A stretch of 64,000 nt of DNA, taken from NCBI GenBank assembly GCA_964016885.1, contig OZ024744.1, positions 39,246,001 to 39,310,000 of the forward strand. Direction: 5' to 3'. Under the pieces are notes generated by a model. It ran no database searches. It was given only the letters and a program-made list of their open reading frames with translations, and was not told the DNA's origin. The translations under genes and the position numbers were made by a program. Source of the DNA: Eledone cirrhosa. Taxonomy: Eukaryota. Positions 53,818-64,000 of this stretch are shown piece by piece (position 1 is the stretch's first letter; the number at the start of each line of letters is the position of its first letter).

Positions 53818-54109
53818 TATGAAATAATACATATGAATAAGCCATAGACGATGAACATCATTAAGTAATGTCAGTTTCATGAGGAGATAAAACGCCTCCA
53901 TCCTTTTGAAGGAAAAAAAAGAGTATAAATCCTGGAAAACTGTAGGTCCGGTATTGGGGAAAAAAAATAAAAAAAAAATAACAAGGGATTGACACTCCAA
54001 ATTCACTATTTTCCTTTTACTTTGCTCCACTTTTCAAATTAAATGACACAACGGTTCAGTTATATTCAAATATTGTAAGCGCGTCCATTGAGAATATTGT
54101 CTTTGACAA

Positions 54110-57100
54110 ACTGCTCAGTTGCTCGCATGTGTGCGTGCTGAATTCTGGGTCTTTCCGCTGGGAACAACCCCTTGTTTCCCCCCCTCTCCTCCCTTTTTTT
54201 TTGTGTACATCCATCCATTCACTCATTCATTTACTGCCATTCTACCTTCCTGTGTCTCCTCCTCCATGCAGCCCCTTTTCGCTCTCGTTTTCTGGCACCT
54301 CCATATATATAGGTGAGCTATGCTGCCCTCTTACCAGCACTTTCCCTTCCAACCACACACACCAGCCACCCACACCTGATGCCCCAGTCCCCGGCCCCAC
54401 ATCCCATCCCCCACCCCTCCAAATCGACACCTGCAGCACTACTAACAAACGGAAGAGGGGCCGGAACTGTTTGGGGTGCGGGTGCTTCCACCACCTCACC
54501 TGCGTTGGCTTGACTCGTCGAACTTCCAATGCCCTCACAGCGTGGAGGTGCAGGAGCTGCCTCTTCCCCATGTCTTCCCAGCTACGGCCGTCTGGCATAC
54601 CACCAGATCGGACAGCGAACTTGCCTGACGCCCGAGCCTCGCTGGTCAACATCGCTCGGCTCACGCGGCTTCGGAAGATCCGACTCAGGATCCCGAGAGC
54701 GGCACGGTGCCGGTGGCCGATGCCCTCGCTTCCTCGATTGAGAGCCCCCTGGACTCCAATCAAGCCAGTGACTGGGAGCGGCTGTTCTATTTCGCCCCAC
54801 TCGCCCTTGGCCTCCCCAGCTCTGGCGCTGACAGGGGCCTTCGTCAAGGCCAATGTCTCGTCATTTGGGCGAGCACCCATTCCAAGTGTGCCCAGGGACG
54901 CCACACACCCCACCCTCCACCCCCGAGGCCAGCGCCAAGCGTTTGCATGACCAGGTAAACGCAAAGCTTATCATGGGTGATGTCTCGGCCGCAGTCAGAG
55001 TTTATTGCCTCAGAGGACACTGTCCTCCAACCCACCGAGGAGATCCTGGCTGCTCTGCGGCTCAAACACCCTGAGCCACCCACTGATCTCAGACCCATAC
55101 CCCACCTGCTCCTTGTGGCTACTGATGCAGATATCATGTCTGCCATCAGGTCCTTCCCAGCTAGCAGGCCAGCTCAAGGACTTGACATCCGCCCCTCTCC
55201 GCTAAGGCCGGGCGCCGCCTTCTGAGTGCAATTGTGGCGCTCACCAATAGGCTCATTCATGGTGCCCTCGACCCTTACGCCCGAGGCCTCTTTTTTTTGG
55301 CCAGTCTCACCGCTCTCAGGAAGAAAGAGGGTGGCATACACCCCATTGCTGTGGGCAATGTCTTCCGGAGGCTGGCTGCTAAGGTGATCTGCAAGTCTGT
55401 CACACATGAACTGGGTGAGGAGTTTACTCCGGTGCAACTGGGTGTTGGTGTGTCCGGTGGTTGTGATGGAGCCTCTCATGCAATCAGGCAGTTCTTCAGC
55501 AGCTGCCCATCGGTACCGGCATCCAGGGACTCCAGGCACCTCATTGTCAATCTTGACATGAGGAATGCCTTTAACTCTTTACGCCGAGATCATCTGCTCG
55601 AGGCCTGCCTCAGCGGAGCCACCTCTGCCTACCTGTCATATGGAGTCCCAAGCATGCTCCTAGCTGCTGATACGGTCATACCCTCGGCTACTGGGGTCCA
55701 ACAGGGCGACCCTTTGGGACCCCTCCTGTTCGCCCTTGGTATTGACCACATCGCCCGGAGTATCACGGCCCCTCTCAATGTTTCGTATCTGGATGATGCT
55801 ACATTGGGCGGTCCCGTACAACCGGTCTGCCAAGACCTTCAATCGGTGATTCCTGCCCTGGCGGGAATCGGCCTCCAGGTCAACTCGGCCAATTCGGAGG
55901 TGGTGAATGTCAGCCTCGATGCTGTGAGCTTTGCACCCTCCGTCTTGGATGTGCGGTCCATTCTCCTCCAGGTTCAGGTGACCCCCAAAGAGGATGTCCT
56001 CATCCTCGGGTCACCGATCCACCCGCCGGCCATCCGCACCACCATCAGGTCCAGGCTTCAACAGCTCCAGACTCTCACGAGCCGACTGGGCTTGATTGAC
56101 GGCCACCCAGCTCTCTTTCTGCTGAGGAACTGCTTCGCCATGCCGAGGCTCCTCTATACACTCCGCAGAGCTCCATGCTACACCCAGACATCTCTCCTTG
56201 CTGACCTCGATACTTGTATCCGAGCAGCAGCCGAGGGGATATGTAACGTCAAGTTTGACGACATAGGGTGGCAACAGGCCACTTTACCGGTCAGGTATGG
56301 CAGCCTAGGCCTCCGGTCCCCGATCTCACTAGCTTTGCCGGCGTATCTTTCGTCGGTAACCTCGTGCCGCGTCCTTGTCAGCAGGGTTCTTCAAAACACA
56401 ACAGAACCCTCTGTGTTCAGAGAACGTGAGGCCGCCTGTGAGACGTGGGACCGGCTGGGACTTCGCCCAGTAGACGTCCCTCCTCCTTCTCCCCCTGTTG
56501 ACGTCAAGTCCCCACAACGCACTTGGGATGCCATCTAGTGCAGCCTGGCCTCAGACAGGCTCACGCGCCAGCTCGACCAGCACCGCCTTGCTTGTTTTCG
56601 TGCAACCTCCAAACCTCACAGTGGTGCCTGGCTTCATGCTCTGCCCTCCTTCTCCACTGGCACGCAGCTAGACAACCATAGCCTGAAAATCGGCGTTTCC
56701 CTGAGGCTCGGCCTCCGGATATGCCAGCCACACCAATATCGCTGCGGTTCCGCCGTGGACTCTTTTGGCCTCCATCCGCTTTCCTGTCGCCACAGTGCCG
56801 GCCGCATTCCACGCCATACTGCCCTCACAAGGTCATTAAGCATGGCTTGGACGCTGCAGGCTTCCCTTCCCAGCTCGAGGGGACGGTAAAAGGCCAGATG
56901 GCATGACCATCTTCCCGTTCCGCGGTGGAAAACCCCTCATCTGGGATGCCACTTGCACCAACACTTTCTGCAGTCGCAACCTGGTGCAATCTGCAACTGA
57001 CCCAGGTTCTGTTGCACGTCGGGCTGAGGGGGCCAAACCCCTCAAATACCGGTCGTTCTCCGACAGGTTTGCGGTCGTTCCTCTGGCAGTGGAAACTTCC

Positions 57101-57320
57101 AGTGTCCTCGGCCCCAGGGCTACCTCCTTACTCACCACCATAGGCGCTGAGCTGGCCAGCCGTAGGTGTGAGCCCCGCGAGTTGGAGTGGCTTTTCCAGC
57201 GCGTCTCCCTTGCCGTCCTCTGGGGAAACGCCTTCTCCATTCTGTCCTCTGGGGCTGTGGGTGGGCCCATCGCGTACCAATACATTAGTTAAATACCATT
57301 CTTTCATCTCATACATATAT
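54110..57320 (+). mobile_element. CRE-clade (RLE-type) non-LTR retrotransposon, near full length, disrupted
   Basis: GC-rich island encoding a PHD-like finger, RT (HPIAVGNVFRRLAAK, QLGVGVSGG, LDMRNAFNS, GVQQGDPLGPLLFAL, YLDD), SGAWL...RLGL, a Zn-knuckle (xRCG...HPLSC...RH) and RLE (KRPDG...WDAT...KY...LAVET...FQRVSLAV.GNA). Ends are approximate. Confidence 0.9.
54313..57292 (+). pseudogene. Disrupted single ORF of the CRE element (PHD-RT-Zn-knuckle-RLE)
   Basis: Pieces in ORFs 54129-54950, 54707-54958, 54977-55225, 55234-56538 and 56903-57292; in-frame TAG at 56536-56538 after which homology continues; several frameshifts. Confidence 0.85.
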
Positions 57321-57914
57321 ATTGCACCAGTTAAGTTTCACTTCTTTGACAATTGTATCTGATAACCTACCTGATTGAGCTGGATGATTTATTAGTAAAA
57401 GGAAAGGAAATATCACAACATCTATGGGACATCAAATGATCACTGACCACTATGTATGCATATACATAGAACACTGCTTCTACTCTCTCTCTTTACCCTC
57501 CCCCTCTTACTCTCTCCCTTTCTCCCTCTTTCACAGAAATCTGTTGTGCTCAGGTTTAAAATGCCCTCATGATCCCATCAGGAGTTAAGGATACATGGAT
57601 GGATAGATGGATACTCTTATATATCAGCACAGGAATGTTTTTTTATTTTTTTAAATATATATTTGAAACCTAGGGAAAGCAGCTTGAAACTCAAGTAATT
57701 TATGTTTGTCCTAATAACATTTGTAATATCACCACTAGCAATCTCTGAGCCACAGGAAGCCTTGAAGGTTCATCTTTTTCTTTTGTTTCTTCTTAGTAAA
57801 ATGTCAAATCTATTTATTCTTGCATTACCAAAATTGAATGGAAGGAGAATGTAGAAACATGTTAGCTAATTCCACTCTTTCCCACCACCTTTTAGTGTTT
57901 CTTCTTCTTTGCAG

Positions 57915-57944
57915 TTGCAGCCTACTTCCATCCATCCATTCATG
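57915..57944 (+). other. Candidate micro-exon
   Basis: Strong acceptor tttcttcttctttgcag| followed by 30 nt and |gttggt (or 34 nt and |gtaatc). Confidence 0.2.
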
Positions 57945-58026
57945 GTTGGTAATCTCATTATTTGGGAATATAAGATGTCAAGGAGGAAATCTGTAACAAC
58001 TGCATGCACATGTGATTTTTGCAGTG

Positions 58027-58305
58027 AAGGCATGTGGTGTAGTGGTTAGTGGGGTTGGATTCACTGTCATGAGTTCATGGGTTCGATTCCTGGATTGAGC
58101 AGTGTGTTGAGTTGTTTTTGAACAAGATGCTTCATTTCATGTTGTTCCAGTCAACTCAACTGAAAAAAGAATTTAGTACCGGCTTCAGCTAGGTGTTAAC
58201 ACTTGTAACAGACTGATGTCCAGTCCAATGGTGAGTTTTTCCATGGCAGGCCTGGGGTCCCTATCATTAAAACACCCAAGAAAATTCCTATGAGATGAAA
58301 CTTCA
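58027..58305 (+). mobile_element. tRNA-derived SINE
   Basis: A box tggtgtagtgg, B box ggttcgattcc, body gaacaagatgcttcatttcatgttgttccagtcaactc. Confidence 0.8.
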
Positions 58306-58849
58306 GAGGAGGTTAAGTAAACCTTCATAAGTATGAGCAGTAACAACAACAATGCTATGCAATTATATGTGCTTGCACAGATGTACACATGTGTACAGAC
58401 ACATACAAGTATGTACACACACACCAGCACAATGAGCTCTAGAAGCAGAAACTTCTGGATATTATTAAAAAAGGGTGTAAAAAATGGAACATGCAAAAAA
58501 CAACCTATCTAAAAACAAAGCAGTAACTTCAAATAAAGAGGATTCTTTTTAGTTCTACCATAGACAAATTTCTAGTGTTGGGAGCACAATAACATGCACT
58601 TATATACTCTGTAAAATCATTGATGATAGAAAGGGCATTCTGTTATAAAAACCATGTAAACACTATAAGCTGAATCACTGGCAACCTGTCAATGAGGGCA
58701 GTAACACAAAATTTGAACTGATATACTGTTTAGAGGACACTTTAGTCCAGTCACAGGCAATTTATCTAGTGCCAGTGGCATTATAAAATGCACTGTCAAC
58801 ACAGTAAAATATACACAACAAAATTGTCCATGCTCTTTCTGTTCCTGTT

Positions 58850-59055
58850 AGTGTCAGATGACAAGGACTTTGACATAGGATGAGAAGCTGTATGATTTGC
58901 TCAACTTATGTCTTGTATCTTTTGATCTGAGTTCAAATCCCATTTAGGTCAACAATGTTTTTTATCTTTCTAAACAAAATAAAATACCAGTCAAATACTG
59001 AGGTTAGTATAATTGAATTTATGGCTTTTGCTTGTATTAGAAATGATTATTATGA
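58850..59055 (+). mobile_element. Old degenerate SINE (49054 family)
   Basis: ctgagttcaaatccc...ggtcaac...aaaataaaataccagtc...attattat tail. Confidence 0.6.
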
Positions 59056-59260
59056 CTATTATTAATGATGATTATCATCATTGAAGTAGGATTTTGCAGG
59101 GTTATGTGGGAGAAGAAAGCTGTGGGAAGCGAGATCTTGGATAAAGGAAGGATGGAGAACAGTTACTAAAGAGCTGTGACTGATGTGGTGGTATTTAACA
59201 GGGATGAGAATAATTACTAAGGAGGGGGCATGAATGATTTAGGTTACAATTTTTATACTG

Positions 59261-59506
59261 GGAAGGCATGTGGCCTAATGGTAAGGGTGTTGGACTTACA
59301 ATTATAATGCTGTGGGTTCGATTCCTGGACTAGGTTGTGTGTTGTGTTTTTGAGCAAAACACTTTATTTCATGTTGCTCCAGTATACTCTGCTGAAAATT
59401 AATACCAGCAATAGCTGAGGGTTTAACTCTGTGATGGACTGGCATCATGTCCAGGGGGAATCTTATACTATTAGTCGCTTCAAACTATGGACTTTAGACA
59501 TTAGAC
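59261..59506 (+). mobile_element. tRNA-derived SINE with 12-bp TSD
   Basis: A box tggcctaatgg, B box ggttcgattcc; TSD atttttatactg (59249-59260) / atttttacactg (59507-59518). Confidence 0.85.
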
Positions 59507-60081
59507 ATTTTTACACTGATAAGTGAGTCTACTCTAGCAGTGCATGTCACCAATTGTTACTGTCCTCTGTCATGAGGTTTATCTTCCTAAGGTCCATCTT
59601 CACTACTTCATCCCATGTCTACTTCTTTCACAGATCCAATCAACTGAGATTTCTCTGCATTTCTTTATATAGCTGTCATCTTCCATCATAATTCTATGTA
59701 AAAACCATTGTGTTCCAAGCACCAACCTAACAATGAGGAAATTAATTCTATTATTAAAGCCATTAACATTTTTTTATTTAAAAGATGAATTGAGCAGGGG
59801 TTGGTTGGAAACAATCTGAAAAAATTAATAAGAGCATGTAGGAGTGGGGAAACAATTATTTAAGATGTAACAGTATATCCATTATCATAAATACAAATTT
59901 CTGACTTCAGCAAATCTAAGTATTGTACTTAAATATTAAAGTAAATAAACTTCAAAATTAAATATATCACTACATATACCTATCATTCTCCCGTCATTAA
60001 ATAAACTTTGCCTTTTAACCCAGCCAAAACCAACTATGGCTCTATAAAATAAAGTCACCCTTTTTAACGTTTCCAATTTAA

Positions 60082-60281
60082 CCCTTTAGCATTTAAACCG
60101 GCCATATCCGTCCAGAATTCTCTCACCTCTTTCTGTTCAAACCAGCTGTAACCGATCACTCATACTAATGTTAAGGTATTGTTCTCAAAATAAATAATAT
60201 CAAAATCTCATAGATTTGATATGTGAGATAATTGTGAGATAAAGCCTTTACCTCGAAAATACAATAACAAATGCTAAAAGG
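60082..60281. mobile_element. piggyBac-like MITE
   Basis: TTAA|CCCTTTAGCATTT ... AAATGCTAAAAGG|TTAT; 13-bp TIR with one mismatch. Confidence 0.7.
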
Positions 60282-60914
60282 TTATCTTCCAACATTATTT
60301 TATATAAGAACCTTACATTAAGTTACTATCTTAGAAATGAAATAATTACTAATTTTAGTAAATCCTTCAAAATTCTTCATTAATTAATTAAAATAGAGAG
60401 TGTTTCATTAGAAATATGGTCATGAAAGAGGCTATAAAGGATCCAAGAGACAATTAAAAAAAAAAAGTGTTATTCAAAAATTGTTACAGGTTCAAATCCC
60501 ATCGAAGGTTCTGAGGTGAACTGCTTCAGTCATGTCTTTGCTTATTATTGGTTCATATCACATCTTTGATTGTCGCAGAGGAGGTCATTACTTTGTAGAG
60601 GATTAAAGTTGTATTAGATAAAATAAATTGCAAGATGAAATATGTTGGCATGAGTTTGTATCATTTACAGGTCAAAAAAGTAATTATCCTTTTTCATACA
60701 TTTGTATACATTGACAGATATAATATGAAATACAGAGAGAGAGAGAGAGACTTGTATTAATTGAAAACTGCTATGTGGTGGTGGTGGTAATGGTGATCGT
60801 TGTCGGGTATTTCTTCTGATACACACACTTATAATAATAGTGTATGATTTGAAGATTTGTCTGCAATTTTTAGCAGATCAAAGGAACTCTTTCTGAACTG
60901 ATTGTGTTGGCATA

Positions 60915-61250
60915 AATGTTGGTGTGATAATGGTAGTGGTTGTTGTGGTGTTGGTGGTAGTTGTAGTGTTAGTTTGATAATGGTGGTAGTTGTCGTGTTA
61001 TCGTTATGATAATTGTTGTTGTTGTGGTATTGGAGGTTGTTGTAGTGTTGGTATGATAATTGTGGTAGTTGTCATGTTGTTGTGGTATTGGTATGATAAT
61101 GGTGGTTTTTGTGGTGTTGGTGGTAGTTGTGGCGTTGGTGGTTGTTGTGGTGGTGGTGATTGTTGTGGTGTTGGTGATTGTTGTAGTGTTGGTGGTAGTT
61201 GTGGTGTTGGTGGTTGTTGTGGTGTTGGTGGTAGTTGTGGCGTTGGTGGC
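60915..61250. repeat. Degenerate (GTT/GGT/GTA)n trinucleotide tract with 18-bp sub-period
   Basis: gttggtggtagttgtggc-like units; source of the poly-T, poly-V and PQ ORFs. Confidence 0.9.
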
Positions 61251-61335
61251 ATGGAAATGAATCGTAGTAAACAGATTCAGTACCAACAGTAAAAAGAAAA
61301 GAGAGAACAAAACAAAAAAAATTAAATCAAGTACA

Positions 61336-61446
61336 CAATGTGTGTGTGCGCATGTGTCATTGTTAGCATTGGCAGCAATGTGTGTGTATGTGTCATTGTT
61401 AACATTGACAGCAATGTGTGTGTATGTGTCATTGTTAACATTGACA
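61336..61446. repeat. ~36-bp tandem repeat, 3 units
   Basis: caatgtgtgtgtatgtgtcattgttaacattgacag at 61336, 61376 and 61412. Confidence 0.85.
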
Positions 61447-61478
61447 TATCAAAGACTTGCCAATGTTTGTATTACAAG

Positions 61479-61593
61479 GGTTATCATTATTAGTGACCCA
61501 GTCTATGGCCAGGAAAATCTTACTTATTGTCCAACCGCCTATTGCAAACGCCTTCAAATATAGTTACTGCTTCCTCCACCCATTCTGGGACAG
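61479..61593 (+). other. Candidate exon immediately upstream of the 28-bp array
   Basis: tttgtattacaag| ... gggacag|gtaact; non-repetitive, one frame open throughout (LSLLVTQSMARKILLIVQPPIANAFKYSYCFLHPFWD); product not recognised. Confidence 0.3.
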
Positions 61594-61599
61594 GTAACT

Positions 61600-64000
61600 A
61601 GCCACACTAACACACAATAAGTCAGCAAGCGACACTAACACACAGTAAGTCAGCAAGCCACACTAACACACAGTAAGTCAGCAAGCCACACTAACATACA
61701 GTAAGTCAGCAAGCCACACTAACACACAGTAAGTCAGCAAGCCACACTAACACACAGTAAGTCAGCGAGCCACACTAACACACAGTAAGTCAGCAAGCCA
61801 CACTAACACAGTAAGTCAGCAAGCCACACTAACACACAATAAGTCAGAAAGCCACACTAACACACAGTAAGTCAGCAAGCCACACTAACACACAGTAAGT
61901 CAGCAAGCCACACTAACACACAGTAAGTCAGCGAGCCACACTAACACACAGTAAGTCAGCAAGCCACACTAACACACAGTAAGTCAGCAAGCCACACTAA
62001 CACACAATAAGTCAGAAAGCCACACTAACACACAGTAAGTCAGCAAGCCACACTAACACAGTAAGTCAGCAAGCCACACTAACACACAGTAAGTCAGCAA
62101 ACCACACTAACACACAGTAAGTCAGCAAGCCACACTAACACACAGCAAGTCAGCTAGCCACACTAACACACAGTAAGTCAGCAAGCCACACTAACACATA
62201 GTAAGTCAGCAAGCCACATTAACACACAGTAAGTCAGCAAGCCACACTAACACACAGTAAGTCAGCAAGCCACACTAACACACAGTAAGTCAGCAAGCCA
62301 CACTAACACAGTAAGTCAGCAAGCCACACTAACATACAGTAAGTCAGCAAGCCACACTAACACACAGTAAGTCAGCGAGCCACACTAACACACAGTAAGT
62401 CAGCAAGCCACACTAACACAGTAAGTCAGCAAGCCACACTAACACACAATAAGTCAGAAAGCCACACTAACACACAGTAAGTCAGCAAGCCACACTAACA
62501 CACAGTAAGTCAGCAAGCCACACTAACACACAGTAAGTCAGCAAGCCACACTAACACACAGTAAGTCAGCAAGCCACACTAACACACAGTAAGTCAGCAA
62601 GCCACACTAACACACAATAAGTCAGAAAGCCACACTAACACACAGTAAGTCAGCAAGCCACACTAACACACAGTAAGTCAGCAAGCCACACTAACACACA
62701 GTAAGTCAGCAAGCCACACTAACACACAGTAAGTCAGCAAGCCACACTAACACACAGTAAGTCAGCAAGCCACACTAACACACAATAAGTCAGAAAGCCA
62801 CACTAACACACAGTAAGTCAGCAAGCCACACTAACACAGTAAGTCAGCAAGCCACACTAACACACAGTAAGTCAGCAAACCACACTAACACACAGTAAGT
62901 CAGCAAGCCACACTAACACACAGCAAGTCAGCTAGCCACACTAACACACAGTAAGTCAGCAAGCCACACTAACACATAGTAAGTCAGCAAGCCACATTAA
63001 CACACAGTAAGTCAGCAAGCCACACTAACACACAGTAAGTCAGCAAGCCACACTAACACACAGTAAGTCAGCTAGCCACACTAACACACAGTAAGTCAGC
63101 TAGCCACACTAACACACAGTAAGTCAGCAAGCCACGCTAACACACAATAAGTCAGTAAGCCACACTAACACACAGTAAGTCAGCAAGCCACACTAACACA
63201 CAGTAAGTCAGCAAGCCACACTAACACACAGTAAGTCAGCAAGCCACACTAACACACAATATGTCAGCAAGCCACACTAACACACAGTAAGTCAGCAAGC
63301 TACACTAACACACAATATGTCAGCAAGCCACACTAACACACAGTAAGTCAGCAAGCCACACTAACACACAGTAAGTCAGCAAGCCACACTAACACACAGT
63401 AAGTCAGCAAGCCACACTAACACACAGTAAGTCAGCTAGCCACACTAACACACAGTAAGTCAGCAAGCCACACTAACACACAGTAAGTCAGCAAGCCACA
63501 CTAACACACAATATGTCAGCAAGCCACACTAACACACAGTAAGTCAGCAAGCCACACTAACACACAGTAAGTCAGCAAGCCACACTAACACACAATATGT
63601 CAGCAAGCCACACTAACACACAGTAAGTCAGCAAGCCACACTAACACACAGTAAGTCAGCAAGCCACACTAACACACAGTAAGTCAGCAAGCCACACTAA
63701 CACACAGTAAGTCAGCAAGCCACACTAACACACAGTAAGTCAGCTAGCCACACTAACACACAGTAAGTCAGCAAGCCACACTAACACACAGTAAGTCAGC
63801 AAGCCACACTAACACACAATATGTCAGCAAGCCACACTAACACACAGTAAGTCAGCAAGCCACACTAACACACAGTAAGTCAGCAAGCCACACTAACACA
63901 CAGTAAGTCAGCAAGCCACACTAACACACAGTAAGTCAGCAAGCCACACTAACACACAGTAAGTCAGCAAGCCACACTAACACACAGTAAGTCAGCAAGC
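61600..64000. repeat. 28-bp tandem array, at least 85 units, runs off the window end
   Basis: Consensus GCCACACTAACACACAGTAAGTCAGCAA; 26-bp variants lack one CA. Confidence 0.99.

Noticed and set aside
54242-57285. Antisense ORFs (240, 149 and 121 aa) over the CRE element
   Set aside because: Shadow ORFs of GC-rich coding sequence with no motifs.
58027-59340. tRNA genes
   Set aside because: A and B boxes are present but there is no intact cloverleaf; they continue into SINE bodies, one with a TSD.
60969-61310. Secreted Thr-rich mucin-like ORF (MFSLFFLLLVLNL...TTTTN)
   Set aside because: Lies over a degenerate trinucleotide tract that is open in most frames; the hydrophobic start derives from an A-rich tract and a non-ATG start.
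5027-64000. CRISPR-like arrays
   Set aside because: Units are head to tail with no unique spacers, there are no cas genes, and the context is eukaryotic.

Overview
Eukaryotic, AT-rich, CpG-depleted, repeat-dominated DNA. The SINE families, RTE tails and microsatellite load suggest an octopus-like cephalopod genome; this is an inference. About 58% of the window is three tandem arrays: a 48-bp satellite (~5.0-26.9 kb, ~455 units), a 61-bp satellite (~35.7-48.4 kb, ~208 units) and a 28-bp array (61.6 kb to the window end, ~86 units). Almost all long ORFs in the track are by-products of these arrays or of microsatellites. The only recognisable protein-coding sequence is retrotransposon-derived: a near-full-length but disrupted CRE-type non-LTR element (PHD finger, RT, Zn-knuckle, restriction-like endonuclease) at ~54.1-57.3 kb, two short 3' fragments of that family, and two RTE-clade LINE fragments. 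The window also holds SINEs (four with visible TSDs), mariner-, hAT- and piggyBac-type MITEs, and several palindromic Penelope-like remnants with hammerhead-ribozyme-like cores. No host gene can be named; there are only weak candidate exons. The most interesting observations are: the 61-bp satellite appears to have been born inside one copy of a dispersed retroelement; all three arrays share the heptamer GTGTTAG/CTAACAC; the 28-mer packs a consensus branch point and a consensus 5' splice site; a fossil type I hammerhead sits at ~53.0 kb; and two CRE fragments are truncated at almost the same nucleotide. I found no convincing novel multi-gene system.
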